Positions 1 to 8,995 of a DNA stretch of 15,749 bases are shown piece by piece. Where the stretch lies: positions 1-15,749 of the forward strand of contig JBHICG010000073.1 in the NCBI GenBank assembly GCA_046759445.1, given 5' to 3'. A program made the position numbers and the translations under genes. The notes below the pieces were generated by a model. The model was not told where the DNA came from, did no database searches, and saw only the letters and a list, made by a program, of their open reading frames with translations. Each line of letters begins with the position of its first letter. The stretch's first letter is position 1. This DNA comes from Candidatus Scalinduaceae bacterium (lineage in GTDB: Bacteria; Planctomycetota; Brocadiia; Brocadiales; Scalinduaceae).

Positions 1-2
1 AA

Positions 3-1217
3 GGAGACTTCAAGCTAGAAATTAAGGATACTTTGCAGCAAGGTTTATACAAAATAGGCCTTGACCAGACGAATGCGGCATCTATTGTCTTATCAGGAGA
101 AAAGGACATAGGTATCAAAGCCGATTACGTGCAGTTGAAGGCGGACAAAGTTACCATAATCAATTCAAGAGAAAATGAGGCATACAGGGTCTTATTAAAT
201 GAGTGGAATTGGATGGGAGGCAGGATGGTTAGCCTTAATATTGAGAAGTCTCAGATTTCTGTCGTTGATCCCCTTTACGTACGAAAAACGAAGGCCATAG
301 AAGATAGAATCAGATCACTCATTCAGGAACATAATGTCCATCTCCTTCTTATAAAAGAAAGCTATCCGGACACATTCATGGCAGAGGTCCTGGTTAATCT
401 ATCTCTTGTACCGCAGCTAACCGACCATCCTGACCTTAAAGACAGTTATGATAACGAACGGGCCTTTATGCATGACTATTTCTTTGAGTTTATTGATTTT
501 GATGATGAAGGCATCATATACACTCCTTTTCTTCAGAAAAAATACTTTACGTACCTGGATAAATATACGCATCATACAGCTGAAGGATTTAAGGATTCAG
601 TGGACTTAATGTTAGGTAAGGCAGAGGCCAACAGTGCAGTTCTGGAGTTTACGTTAGAATATTTGATTGATACCTTTCATAATAAAGGTCTTTCAAAGTT
701 GGCTGACTATGTTGTGGATAATTATATAGATGGTTGTAGCAAGCCTTTAACAGAAAGAACCGTAGAAAAGATAGAAAACCTTAAACGGCTTAGAGTAGGC
801 CAGATTGCCCCTGAGATTATTTCAAAAGACACTGATGGAAAGACGATTGCCCTGTCTTCACTAATAGGAAAGGGTGTGTTGATGGTTTACTTCTGGGCAT
901 CCTGGTGTGAGGGTTGTGAAGCGGAGAATCCTAATATTGTGAGGTTATACAATAAATTTAAGGACAGAGGCCTTGATATTTACGCAGTAGCTCTGGATAA
1001 GAATAAGACAGAATGGCTTAAGGCAATAAAGAAACACCAATTTACATGGACAAATGTCTCAGATTTAAAGGAGTGGGAATCAGAAGCAGTCAATACTTAC
1101 AATGTAAACAGGACCCCAACCATCTACCTTCTGAATAAAGAGGGAAGGATTATGGCCAAAAACCTGAGAGGTAAGGAACTGGAAACGAAGGTAGAGGGGG
1201 CTTCTAAATTGAAGTAA
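3..1217 (+). CDS. TlpA/ResA-like thiol-disulfide oxidoreductase with C-terminal thioredoxin (AhpC/TSA-redoxin) domain; 5'-partial
   Basis: The frame is open from the window edge (GDFKLEIKDTLQQGLY...), so the TTG at 33 is probably not the true start. The C-terminal domain has GQIAPEI...FWASWCEGC (WCxxC) and the cis-Pro motif YNVNRTPTIYLLNKEGRI typical of TlpA-like proteins, after a long helical N-terminal region. Confidence 0.85.
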   Translation, partial: GDFKLEIKDTLQQGLYKIGLDQTNAASIVLSGEKDIGIKADYVQLKADKVTIINSRENEAYRVLLNEWNWMGGRMVSLNIEKSQISVVDPLYVRKTKAIEDRIRSLIQEHNVHLLLIKESYPDTFMAEVLVNLSLVPQLTDHPDLKDSYDNERAFMHDYFFEFIDFDDEGIIYTPFLQKKYFTYLDKYTHHTAEGFKDSVDLMLGKAEANSAVLEFTLEYLIDTFHNKGLSKLADYVVDNYIDGCSKPLTERTVEKIENLKRLRVGQIAPEIISKDTDGKTIALSSLIGKGVLMVYFWASWCEGCEAENPNIVRLYNKFKDRGLDIYAVALDKNKTEWLKAIKKHQFTWTNVSDLKEWESEAVNTYNVNRTPTIYLLNKEGRIMAKNLRGKELETKVEGASKLK

Positions 1218-1715
1218 GTATACAGAAGTGACAATTGTTGTTGTGAATTTTTAATAATCGTTTATGGAGCTGCTTAGCCAGTTATGCAAACGGGCATTAA
1301 CCCATCCTGCATGCCTGTCGAAGGCGTTCTCATGCTTCGGAGTATTTCCTGAAACATAATTTAACCTATGACAATCGTACCGATGATGACGTTGTCGTTA
1401 CCTCAAAATGTAAAGGTTGTAAAAAAAACTATTCTACCCCTTTTTTATAACACATATCAATATCTTTAATGATAAGAAGTTGGTCTGTATTTCTCATTGT
1501 TAGCTTGCCAAGTCTCTTTATATTATGGTATAAAGTTTATTTAATATTCATAAGTAAGAAATGCAGGTTAGATTCTTATTACCCTTCCAAATACACAGTA
1601 TAAATTTTTAATGTAAGGTATAGAATCAATTCGTGATTATATTATGCGTCATGTTGAGCACGCAAGTATGTGGCTGAGCTTACATATAAAAACATTATTT
1701 TTTTTCAAATAAGAA

Positions 1716-2726
1716 ATGTTATTCTTTTCACACGAACAGTATTTGACCTACATATATGCTAGTGCTGTATTTATTTTTCTTGTATATGTTTATTCATCAA
1801 GAAAAAAAAATAAGTGGTTGAAAGATTTTGGTGGACTCAGCATGCTTCAAAGGTTTAGTAAAATACCACTTCTTACTCGTAATATCTTTAAAGGTTTTAT
1901 AGTTAGCGCATCTTTTTGTTGTCTTTGTTTAGTACTATTAGGACCAAAATGGCAAACAACTGAGACGTATTATGAAAAAGAAGGTATGGAAATTGTCTTC
2001 GTTATCGATGTGTCGCTGAGTATGCTGGCAGAAGATGTGAAACCAAACAGGTTACAAAGGGCAAAGATTGAAATAGAAGAATTGGTTAAAGAACTGGAAA
2101 ATGATTATCTTGGTATGGTAGTTTTTGCAGGACATGCGTTTTCCATGCTTCCTTATCTGACTCTTGATTATGAGAAGATTTTTTTAAGGATTTTACACAT
2201 GGTTAATGAAAATTACGCAAGATTTGTACCTTATGGCACAAATGTGGGGAATGCGCTGCTAATAGCGTTGTCATCATTCAGTGATACACAAAGAGAAAAA
2301 GTACTTATCTTTCTTACAGATGGTGAAGAACAGATAGCCGTGAAAAGTCAGGTAGCAGAAGCTGTCAAAATGTTATTGGAAAGACAGGATATTTCAATTT
2401 ATATGATTGGAATTGGAGACCCACAAACTGCCTCACCAATTCCTAAAAAGGATAAAAATGGGCGTACAATAGGTTATGAGCTTGATTTAGAAGGTGAAAT
2501 AATTAAGACTAAACCAAACCCTGCATTATTAAGAGAAATTGCCACATTAACCGGTGGTACTTACATTCATGATGCCACGGGTGATGAACTTAAAAACATT
2601 TTTAGCGGTGTCATAGAAGAACATAGAAAAATTATAGGCGTAAAAACGAAGAATGTAGTAAAGGACATTTCTCAGCATTTTTTGGGTGGTTCATTACTTC
2701 TTCTGGCAATCTTCCTTCTCCTATGA
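1716..2726 (+). CDS. von Willebrand factor A domain membrane protein, BatB/BatA-like
   Basis: Two N-terminal hydrophobic segments followed by GPKW, MIDAS motif DVSLS (DxSxS), DVKPNRLQRAK, FLTDGE, IGIG and a C-terminal TM helix; this is the Bat-type vWA architecture. Confidence 0.85.
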   Translation: MLFFSHEQYLTYIYASAVFIFLVYVYSSRKKNKWLKDFGGLSMLQRFSKIPLLTRNIFKGFIVSASFCCLCLVLLGPKWQTTETYYEKEGMEIVFVIDVSLSMLAEDVKPNRLQRAKIEIEELVKELENDYLGMVVFAGHAFSMLPYLTLDYEKIFLRILHMVNENYARFVPYGTNVGNALLIALSSFSDTQREKVLIFLTDGEEQIAVKSQVAEAVKMLLERQDISIYMIGIGDPQTASPIPKKDKNGRTIGYELDLEGEIIKTKPNPALLREIATLTGGTYIHDATGDELKNIFSGVIEEHRKIIGVKTKNVVKDISQHFLGGSLLLLAIFLLL

Positions 2727-2768
2727 TAAATGGATGAAACTTAATTTTTATAAGGGGGTGTTGACAAA

Positions 2769-4232
2769 ATGATTACTAAGAATGAAGTAAACATAAAGCT
2801 TAGGAAATTATTTATTAATGGAAAATGGGTTGATTCTGTTTCAGGTAAGACATTCAGTACCATAAACCCTGCAACAGAAGAAGTTATTACAACCGTAGCA
2901 GAGGGAGATAGAGAGGATATTGACCTTGCCGTTAAGGCTGCTCGAAAGGCCTTTGAAGAAGGACCATGGAGAAGAACCGATGCACGTGATAGAGGCGAGA
3001 TTTTATTAAAAATAATGGAGTTGGTAGAAAAGAATAAAGATGAATTAGCCTGGCTGGATACTTTGGACAACGGCAAGCCAATAAGTGAAACGACAAACGT
3101 TGATCTCCCTCTTGTGATTGATTGTTTGTTGTACTATGCAGGATGGGCGGATAAGATTCATGGAGAGACAATCCCCGTAAGAGGAGAATTTCTTAACTAT
3201 ACTATCAGGGAACCTGTTGGTGTAGTTGGACAGATAATCCCTTGGAATTTCCCTTTATTAATGGCCGTGTGGAAGATAGCGCCTGCTATAGCTTGCGGCA
3301 ACACGATGGTTCTAAAACCAGCTGAACAGACTCCTTTATCGGCGTTAAAGTTGGGTGAGATATGCCAGGAGGCCGGTTTGCCGGAGGGTGTCCTGAATAT
3401 TGTGCCCGGTTATGGTCCTACAGCGGGAGCAGCCCTTGCAGAACACATGGATGTTGATAAGATTGCCTTTACAGGTGAATATATTACAGGACGCCTCATA
3501 ATGAAAGCGGCTTCAAACAATCTTAAACGGGTATCACTAGAGTTAGGAGGAAAGTCTCCAAACATTATATTTGCAGATTCTGATATAGACAGTGCCGTGA
3601 ATGGGGCTATGACGGGCATATTCTTCAATCAGGGTGAAGTATGTTGTGCCGGTTCTCGATTATTCCTTGAAAAAAGTATTCATGATGAGTTCATAGATAA
3701 ATTGTCAAACAGGGCTTCTAGTTTGCGCGTTGGAAATCCGGAAGATGCTAATACTCAAATGGGCGCTCAGGTATCTAAAGAACAATTTGATAAGATAATG
3801 AGTTATATTGATAGTGGAAAGCAAGAAGGGGCGAAACTGGTAACAGGTGGTGATCGGTTTGGAAACAGGGGATATTTTATCAAGCCAACCGTATTTGATG
3901 GAGTTGATAACAATATGATGATCGCAAGGGAAGAAATATTTGGTCCTGTTGTATCTACAATTACCTTTGATGACATTGATGAAATGATGAGACAAAGTAA
4001 TTTTTCAATTTACGGCCTGGCAGCCGCTGTATGGACTAAGGACATAAAAAAGGCTCATAAACTGGCAAGAGACTTAAGAGCTGGTACGATTTGGATAAAT
4101 ACGTACAATTCGTTTGACGCTGCATCACCCTTTGGCGGATATAAGCAAAGTGGTTTTGGTAGAGAATTAGGGATTCATGCCCTGGAACTGTATACGCAGA
4201 TAAAGAGTGTTTGGGTAAACCTTGGTGCTTAA
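2769..4232 (+). CDS. NAD(P)-dependent aldehyde dehydrogenase
   Basis: IIPWNFP, KPAEQTP, catalytic Glu in LELGGKSP, catalytic Cys in [17 protein letters not shown] and [13 protein letters not shown]; purine-rich RBS AGGGGG upstream. Substrate cannot be assigned. Confidence 0.95.
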   Translation: MITKNEVNIKLRKLFINGKWVDSVSGKTFSTINPATEEVITTVAEGDREDIDLAVKAARKAFEEGPWRRTDARDRGEILLKIMELVEKNKDELAWLDTLDNGKPISETTNVDLPLVIDCLLYYAGWADKIHGETIPVRGEFLNYTIREPVGVVGQIIPWNFPLLMAVWKIAPAIACGNTMVLKPAEQTPLSALKLGEICQEAGLPEGVLNIVPGYGPTAGAALAEHMDVDKIAFTGEYITGRLIMKAASNNLKRVSLELGGKSPNIIFADSDIDSAVNGAMTGIFFNQGEVCCAGSRLFLEKSIHDEFIDKLSNRASSLRVGNPEDANTQMGAQVSKEQFDKIMSYIDSGKQEGAKLVTGGDRFGNRGYFIKPTVFDGVDNNMMIAREEIFGPVVSTITFDDIDEMMRQSNFSIYGLAAAVWTKDIKKAHKLARDLRAGTIWINTYNSFDAASPFGGYKQSGFGRELGIHALELYTQIKSVWVNLGA

Positions 4233-4263
4233 ATATTTAACATCCAAGGAAACATAATTTATC

Positions 4264-4356
4264 GAATTTAAAGAACTTGTCATGTATTCTGAAATCTTGT
4301 ATTATTCTGATATGTTTGTTACAAGATTTCTTAAAATTTACATGATTCTTTAATTC
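4264..4356. repeat. Long imperfect inverted repeat downstream of the ALDH gene
   Basis: Nested arms TTAAAGAA (4268-4275)/TTCTTTAA (4346-4353), TCATGTA (4280-4286)/TACATGA (4339-4345) and GAAATCTTGTA (4291-4301)/TACAAGATTTC (4320-4330). Confidence 0.75.
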
Positions 4357-4378
4357 CGAATTCAGATTCGGGTTTTTA
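4355..4378 (+). terminator. Putative intrinsic terminator of the vWA-ALDH unit
   Basis: Stem CCGAAT-TCAG-ATTCGG (4356-4371) followed by GTTTTT. Confidence 0.45.
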
Positions 4379-4430
4379 CTAAAACCTCTGATTAATGAGA
4401 TAAAAAATTAGATCAATAACGATACAGTTA

Positions 4431-4947
4431 ATGAATAAATACGCAATTCCGTTATTAGTTATATTTTCAACTTATACATTTAAAAAAGACATAGCGTATT
4501 CCGCAAATGAAAACCCTGATTTTTATTATAATATTGGAATCTCTTATTATGACAGAGGTATGATAAGCGAAGCAATTTCTGCATGAGAAAAAACCATAGG
4601 GATTGATTCAGGATATGCAGTAGCGTACTATAATTTAGGAAATGCGTATGAGGAAAAAGGAATTGTCAGAAAATGTTGTCACAACGAGCGAAAGAGCAGT
4701 TGATGAACATATTGAATTTGATGAAGAATTTTCTGTTGTGCTTCCAACTTTGATAAAGGAGAATGAGATGCATGTCGTGAACAGAAGGAAGTTATTACCT
4801 GAAGTAACAATTGGTTTGACTAAAGAAGAGGCTTCCAAGCTTGCGAAGGTACTCAGTGAAAGCAACGTAGAGATTAAATTTTGTCTTGACCTGCTTGCTG
4901 ATATTGATTTAGTAGCGCTTGAAGAGAAAGTTATCAATAATAAATAA
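4431..4947 (+). pseudogene. Disrupted exported TPR protein with a frameshifted, partly deleted ribosomal L7/L12-CTD-like tail
   Basis: ATG at 4431 reads MNKYAIPLLVIFSTYTFKKDIAYSA-NENPDFYYNIGISYYDRGMISEAISA*EKTIGIDSGYAVAYYNLGNAYEEKG: a degraded signal peptide plus TPR consensus broken by an in-frame TGA at 4584-4586. This frame ends at 4703. The overlapping +1 ORF 4642-4947 carries EEFSVVL...GLTKEEASKLAKVLSESNVEIK, resembling the L7/L12 C-terminal domain without its central helices. Confidence 0.7.
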
Positions 4948-5080
4948 ATTAACATCTTTATCACTAAAATGAAGAGGGCTAGCCGTTGTTAATTTGTGCT
5001 TGTTCCTCAGAATGACTTAGATAAGTAGTTTAGTTATGCATAACAAAAATTAAAAAGTTTCTTTTTGTTGAGAATATTTT

Positions 5081-5638
5081 GTGTCTAGAAAAATTTGTAT
5101 ATCCGTAATAGGAAGTGGTAATAGTAATGGGGGATTAAGTCCAGAGATAGCTAAGATTGCTAATGATGTAGGGAGAGAAATTGCGTTACGAGGGGCGGTC
5201 TTAATTTGTGGAGGTCTCGGTGGCGTGATGACTGAAGCTGCAAAAGGAGCAAAGGAAAAAGGTGGCCTCACAATCGGCATTATCCCTGGTGAAAATGCCG
5301 ATAATGCAAATCCTTATATCGACGTTCCTATACCAACAGGTTTGGGTTTTGCAAGAAATGTTTTGGTTGCTTATTCCGGGGATGCAATAATTGCCGTAAG
5401 TGGTAGACTTGGCACTCTTTCTGAGATCAGCTTTGCCCTTATAAGAAAGAAACCCGTAATTGGCATTTATACCTGGGAACTGAATCAATTAACTTCACAA
5501 CAACGCCAGCCTGGCCAAACCATACAGACAGACCCTTTGAACATGGAAGACTATGAACGTTCTATAATAAAATGTAGAAATGCTAGGGAGGCAATAGAAA
5601 AGGCATTTTCTCTTATAAAAATAAGAAAACATTTTTAA
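5081..5638 (+). CDS. TIGR00725 family (LOG/SLOG-like Rossmann-fold nucleotide-binding) protein
   Basis: ISVIGS, ICGGLGGVM, GGLTIGIIPG, ANPYID, TGLGFARN and GTLSEI motifs; GTG start with no clear RBS, so the start is uncertain. Confidence 0.85.
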   Translation: MSRKICISVIGSGNSNGGLSPEIAKIANDVGREIALRGAVLICGGLGGVMTEAAKGAKEKGGLTIGIIPGENADNANPYIDVPIPTGLGFARNVLVAYSGDAIIAVSGRLGTLSEISFALIRKKPVIGIYTWELNQLTSQQRQPGQTIQTDPLNMEDYERSIIKCRNAREAIEKAFSLIKIRKHF

Positions 5639-5722
5639 AAATCTAACTAGTGGACGAAAAAAGATAATTTCGTAAAGTAGTCGTAAAACTATTTATACAT
5701 AAAACAAATCCCATATTCTGCC

Positions 5723-5750
5723 TTGACAGGATTTGGGTAAATGCTAAAAT
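5723..5750 (+). promoter_or_regulatory. Putative sigma-70 promoter for accBC
   Basis: TTGACA (5723-5728), 16-nt spacer, TAAAAT (5745-5750) preceded by TGn (extended -10). Confidence 0.55.
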
Positions 5751-5865
5751 AACACCGTTCATCCATTTTAATTAGTAAGAATGATAAGTATTAATATTGT
5801 AAAAGCATTTGTGGAAAGGGTTTTTACTAAAAAATCACTTTGTTTTTTCGTAGTATAAACATAAA

Positions 5866-5906
5866 CACAATCTTTGCAAGATAAGTGTATTCTGCAATGG
5901 ATTGTG
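5866..5906. repeat. Stem-loop in the accB leader region
   Basis: CACAATC (5866-5872)/GATTGTG (5900-5906) outer arms, TTGC/GCAA inner arms, and further pairing around an AGTG loop. Confidence 0.55.
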
Positions 5907-6029
5907 CTTTTATAATGATTCATCTCATCATATCTGTTTTCTTTTCGACTTAAACATTACAATATGCTTCCTGCCCTGATAAAAAAATATAAAAGAATAA
6001 GTTTTTTAAAATCTTTATAAAAATATGAT

Positions 6030-6485
6030 ATGGGTCTTATAGAAAAGGTAAAAAATTTAATAGCATTGATGAACGAAAACAACCTTACGGAAGTTGAGAT
6101 TGAGGAAGAAGCCACTAAGATACGTCTGAAAAAGAACAACTTGGATTCGTCTCATACTAGTGTTCAATTGTCTTCAATAAAGGCATCGTTGCAAGAAGGT
6201 ACTAATAAATTTTTGACGTCAAAGGAAACAGGAAAGTTTACGGAGATTGTTGCGCCTATGGTTGGTACATTTTATAGCAATGCGCCAGGAGCAGGCGATT
6301 ACGTATGTGTAGGGGATACAGTTGAGGAGGAAACCGTTGTTTGTATTATTGAAGCAATGAAGATTATGAATGAAGTAAAGGCTGAGACTAAAGGAAAAAT
6401 TGTAGAAGTAATAATAGAGAATGGGACTCCAATAGAGTTTGGACAAGCTATTTTCCGTGTTGAATTACCTGAAGAAGGTGAATAA
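6030..6485 (+). CDS. accB: Acetyl-CoA carboxylase biotin carboxyl carrier protein
   Basis: N-terminal LIALMNENNLTEVEIE, APMVGTFY, biotinylation motif EAMKIMNE; directly upstream of biotin carboxylase. Confidence 0.95.
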   Translation: MGLIEKVKNLIALMNENNLTEVEIEEEATKIRLKKNNLDSSHTSVQLSSIKASLQEGTNKFLTSKETGKFTEIVAPMVGTFYSNAPGAGDYVCVGDTVEEETVVCIIEAMKIMNEVKAETKGKIVEVIIENGTPIEFGQAIFRVELPEEGE

Positions 6486-6630
6486 AGATAGGTATGTTGC
6501 AACATGTAAATCATTTCCGTAATCACTATCATTTCTAAATATTTAAAGAAAGAAGTTTCATAGACAAACGTAACCATTTGGATTAATGGCAATAATGACT
6601 GTGTGGTAAGTTTAGGAGATTTTGCGAATT

Positions 6631-7980
6631 ATGTTTTCAAGAATCTTAGTTGCAAATAGAGGTGAAATAGCGCTTCGCATAATAAGGGCATGCAAGGAAT
6701 TAGATATTGAAACCGTTGTCATATACTCCAAAGCTGATGAAAACGCATTATATTTACAACATGCAGATGCTCACGTTTGCATAGGGCCTGCAGAAGCTTC
6801 GGAAAGTTATTTGAATATTCCAAGTATTATTAGTGCCGCAGAGATCACGGATATTGATGCCGTGCATCCAGGATATGGTTTTTTGGCAGAAGACAGCCAT
6901 TTTGCGGAGGTTTGTGAATCTTCTAATATTACTTTTGTTGGACCAACATCTGAAGTTATGAAAAAGATGGGTAATAAGACCCAGGCTCGAAATCTGGCAG
7001 TTGAGAACAGAGTTCACGTAATTCCTGGTAGTGATTCAACTGTAGAAAATCAACAAGAAGCCTTAGAGGTTGCTCACAAAATAGGTTATCCAGTTCTGAT
7101 AAAGGCGTCTTTTGGTGGAGGCGGTAGAGGAATGAGGGTGGCTCATAATGATATAAGTTTAGTGAACTCTCTGGCAATTGCTCAACGCGAGGCAAAGGCA
7201 GCGTTTAATAATCCTTCTATATATATTGAGAAATATATAGAACGTTCACGGCACATTGAGATTCAGATTGTAGCTGACAAGTATGGGAACATAATACATC
7301 TTGGCGAAAGGGATTGTACTATACAGAGAAGACATCAGAAATTATTAGAAGAAGCCCCGTCACCTAATATCTCTGGTCAATTGCGTGAGGATATTTGTAA
7401 AGCAGCCATAAAAATAGCAAAGGCCGTTAATTATACCAGTGTTGGAACAGTTGAATTTTTAGTGGACGAAAATGGAAAATACTATTTTATTGAAATGAAC
7501 ACCCGACTTCAGGTGGAACATCCTGTAACGGAAATGATTACGGGGATAGACATTGTCAAGGAGCAAATAAGGATTGCTTATGGCGAAAGATTAAATATAC
7601 GTCAGAAAAAGGTTAAGAGCGAAGGAGTTGCGATAGAATGTAGAATTAATGCAGAAGACTCTGATAATGGTTTTCGGCCTCATGCTGGTAAGATAACTAT
7701 GTGCAGCGTCCCGGGTGGAAGGGGTGTAAGAGTTGATTCACATATTTACGCCGGATATGAAGTCCCGCCGTATTATGATTCATTACTGGGTAAGTTGATA
7801 GTACATCAAAAAACAAGAGAGGATTCAATTGCTTGTATGAGAAGGGCCCTAAACGAATACAGAATCGAAGGTGTCAAAACGACAATACCCCTTCATATGA
7901 ACATAATTATGGATCCAAGGTTCATTAATGGCGATATTGATACCAATTTTGTTGAAAATCTCATTAGTGAAAAGGAGTAA
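6631..7980 (+). CDS. accC: Acetyl-CoA carboxylase biotin carboxylase subunit
   Basis: MFSRILVANRGEIA, HPGYGFLAE, GGGGRGMR, ERDCTIQRRHQK, EMNTRLQVEHPVTE, YYDSLLGKLIV. ATG 6631 preferred over TTG 6622 from the family N-terminus; AGGAG at 6614-6618. Confidence 0.97.
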   Translation: MFSRILVANRGEIALRIIRACKELDIETVVIYSKADENALYLQHADAHVCIGPAEASESYLNIPSIISAAEITDIDAVHPGYGFLAEDSHFAEVCESSNITFVGPTSEVMKKMGNKTQARNLAVENRVHVIPGSDSTVENQQEALEVAHKIGYPVLIKASFGGGGRGMRVAHNDISLVNSLAIAQREAKAAFNNPSIYIEKYIERSRHIEIQIVADKYGNIIHLGERDCTIQRRHQKLLEEAPSPNISGQLREDICKAAIKIAKAVNYTSVGTVEFLVDENGKYYFIEMNTRLQVEHPVTEMITGIDIVKEQIRIAYGERLNIRQKKVKSEGVAIECRINAEDSDNGFRPHAGKITMCSVPGGRGVRVDSHIYAGYEVPPYYDSLLGKLIVHQKTREDSIACMRRALNEYRIEGVKTTIPLHMNIIMDPRFINGDIDTNFVENLISEKE

Positions 7981-8060
7981 TAATATTTTGACATTGATTT
8001 TCGTTTTTTCGTTGATACTAACACTAAGAAATGACAATGCTTACAGCTTACAGTTTTTTC

Positions 8061-8089
8061 TTGACACAATAATATGGTCTTGATAAAAT
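8061..8089 (+). promoter_or_regulatory. Strong-consensus sigma-70 promoter for the cytochrome genes of the hzs cluster
   Basis: TTGACA (8061-8066), 17-nt spacer, TAAAAT (8084-8089) with TGn extension (8081-8083). Confidence 0.7.
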
Positions 8090-8241
8090 AACCAACTTTC
8101 AAAAAAGAGTGAACTTTTAGCTAATCTGTAAAAAACTTCAAGAAATTCTTGTGTCATTTTGTAAGGTATCTTTGTGTGTGTTAGTTTTTTTTGAATTACT
8201 GATAATTATAATTGAGATGGAAGAAAGGAGTAGAAATACAA

Positions 8242-8994
8242 ATGTTTAGGAGTAAGTTGAAGGTTTTTATTGTAGCATTCGCAGTTGTTTCGGCATCTGC
8301 GTTTATTATATTACAAAGTAGCCAGAGTTTTGGCGCGAGAAAGCAGAAATACAGATATGTCGGTAATGCTGGCTGTAAATGCCACTTGTCAAAAGGCTGC
8401 TTTGAAGGCGAAGAATATAAAGAAAGATTACATTCACACACCTTTGATGAAAGACTGAAGACGGATGAAGAAAAGAAGAATCCTGAGTGTTTGAGGTGTC
8501 ATGCTACAGCCCTGGATATGAAGATAAAGAAAGGAAAATCCAAGCATGGTAATTTTATTGAAGACGTTGCTTGCGAGGCATGTCACGGTCCAGGTGAAAA
8601 ATATGTAAAGGTAAAGAAAAATTATAACAAGAAGGGTAAAGACGCTTTCAAAAAACTGTTAAAAGAAGACCCAATGATGGCAAGGAAGGTTCAATACGAT
8701 GCAGGATTGATTGTTGCTGGCATAAATAAGTATAAGACAATAAAGAAACAATGTTTAGAGTGCCATTGGGAAGATGTCAATGATAAGAATAAATGCCCAA
8801 AGGCAGATAAGGACAAAAAGGGTAAGCCCATAGTAATGAACTTTAAAAAATATTTCAAGTTGGACGACCACAGGGATCATGATGCAATTGATGATGTATT
8901 ACCCAAGGTAGACAAGAAGAAATGGAAGGGTTATCTCGAACAGGACCCACTTTTCAAGACTAAACCAAGTAATGCCAGGAGACACAAGAAATAA
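8242..8994 (+). CDS. Tetraheme cytochrome c of the hydrazine synthase cluster (KsTH / kuste2854-like), with contracted CKCH motif
   Basis: Signal peptide; CKCH (8374-8385) plus CLRCH, CEACH and CLECH; very Lys-rich; first gene of the hzs cluster. ATG 8242 follows AGGAG (8226-8230), so the TTG at 8212 is rejected as start. Confidence 0.9.
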   Translation: MFRSKLKVFIVAFAVVSASAFIILQSSQSFGARKQKYRYVGNAGCKCHLSKGCFEGEEYKERLHSHTFDERLKTDEEKKNPECLRCHATALDMKIKKGKSKHGNFIEDVACEACHGPGEKYVKVKKNYNKKGKDAFKKLLKEDPMMARKVQYDAGLIVAGINKYKTIKKQCLECHWEDVNDKNKCPKADKDKKGKPIVMNFKKYFKLDDHRDHDAIDDVLPKVDKKKWKGYLEQDPLFKTKPSNARRHKK

Positions 8995-8995
8995 A

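Noticed and set aside
4584..4586. In-frame TGA as selenocysteine or programmed readthrough
   Set aside because: The position corresponds to an aromatic TPR residue rather than a catalytic Cys, no SECIS-like hairpin is evident right after it, and the frame degenerates shortly afterwards.
4642..4947. Stand-alone rplL (ribosomal protein L7/L12) gene
   Set aside because: Only partial resemblance; it lacks the N-terminal dimerisation domain, the conserved central helices and the rplJ/rpoB context, and its ATG lies inside the TPR remnant.
7988..7993. Second TTGACA upstream of the tetraheme gene (also TTGACA at 2761-2766)
   Set aside because: No acceptable -10 hexamer at 16-18 nt spacing for the first; the second sits between the RBS and the ALDH start codon.
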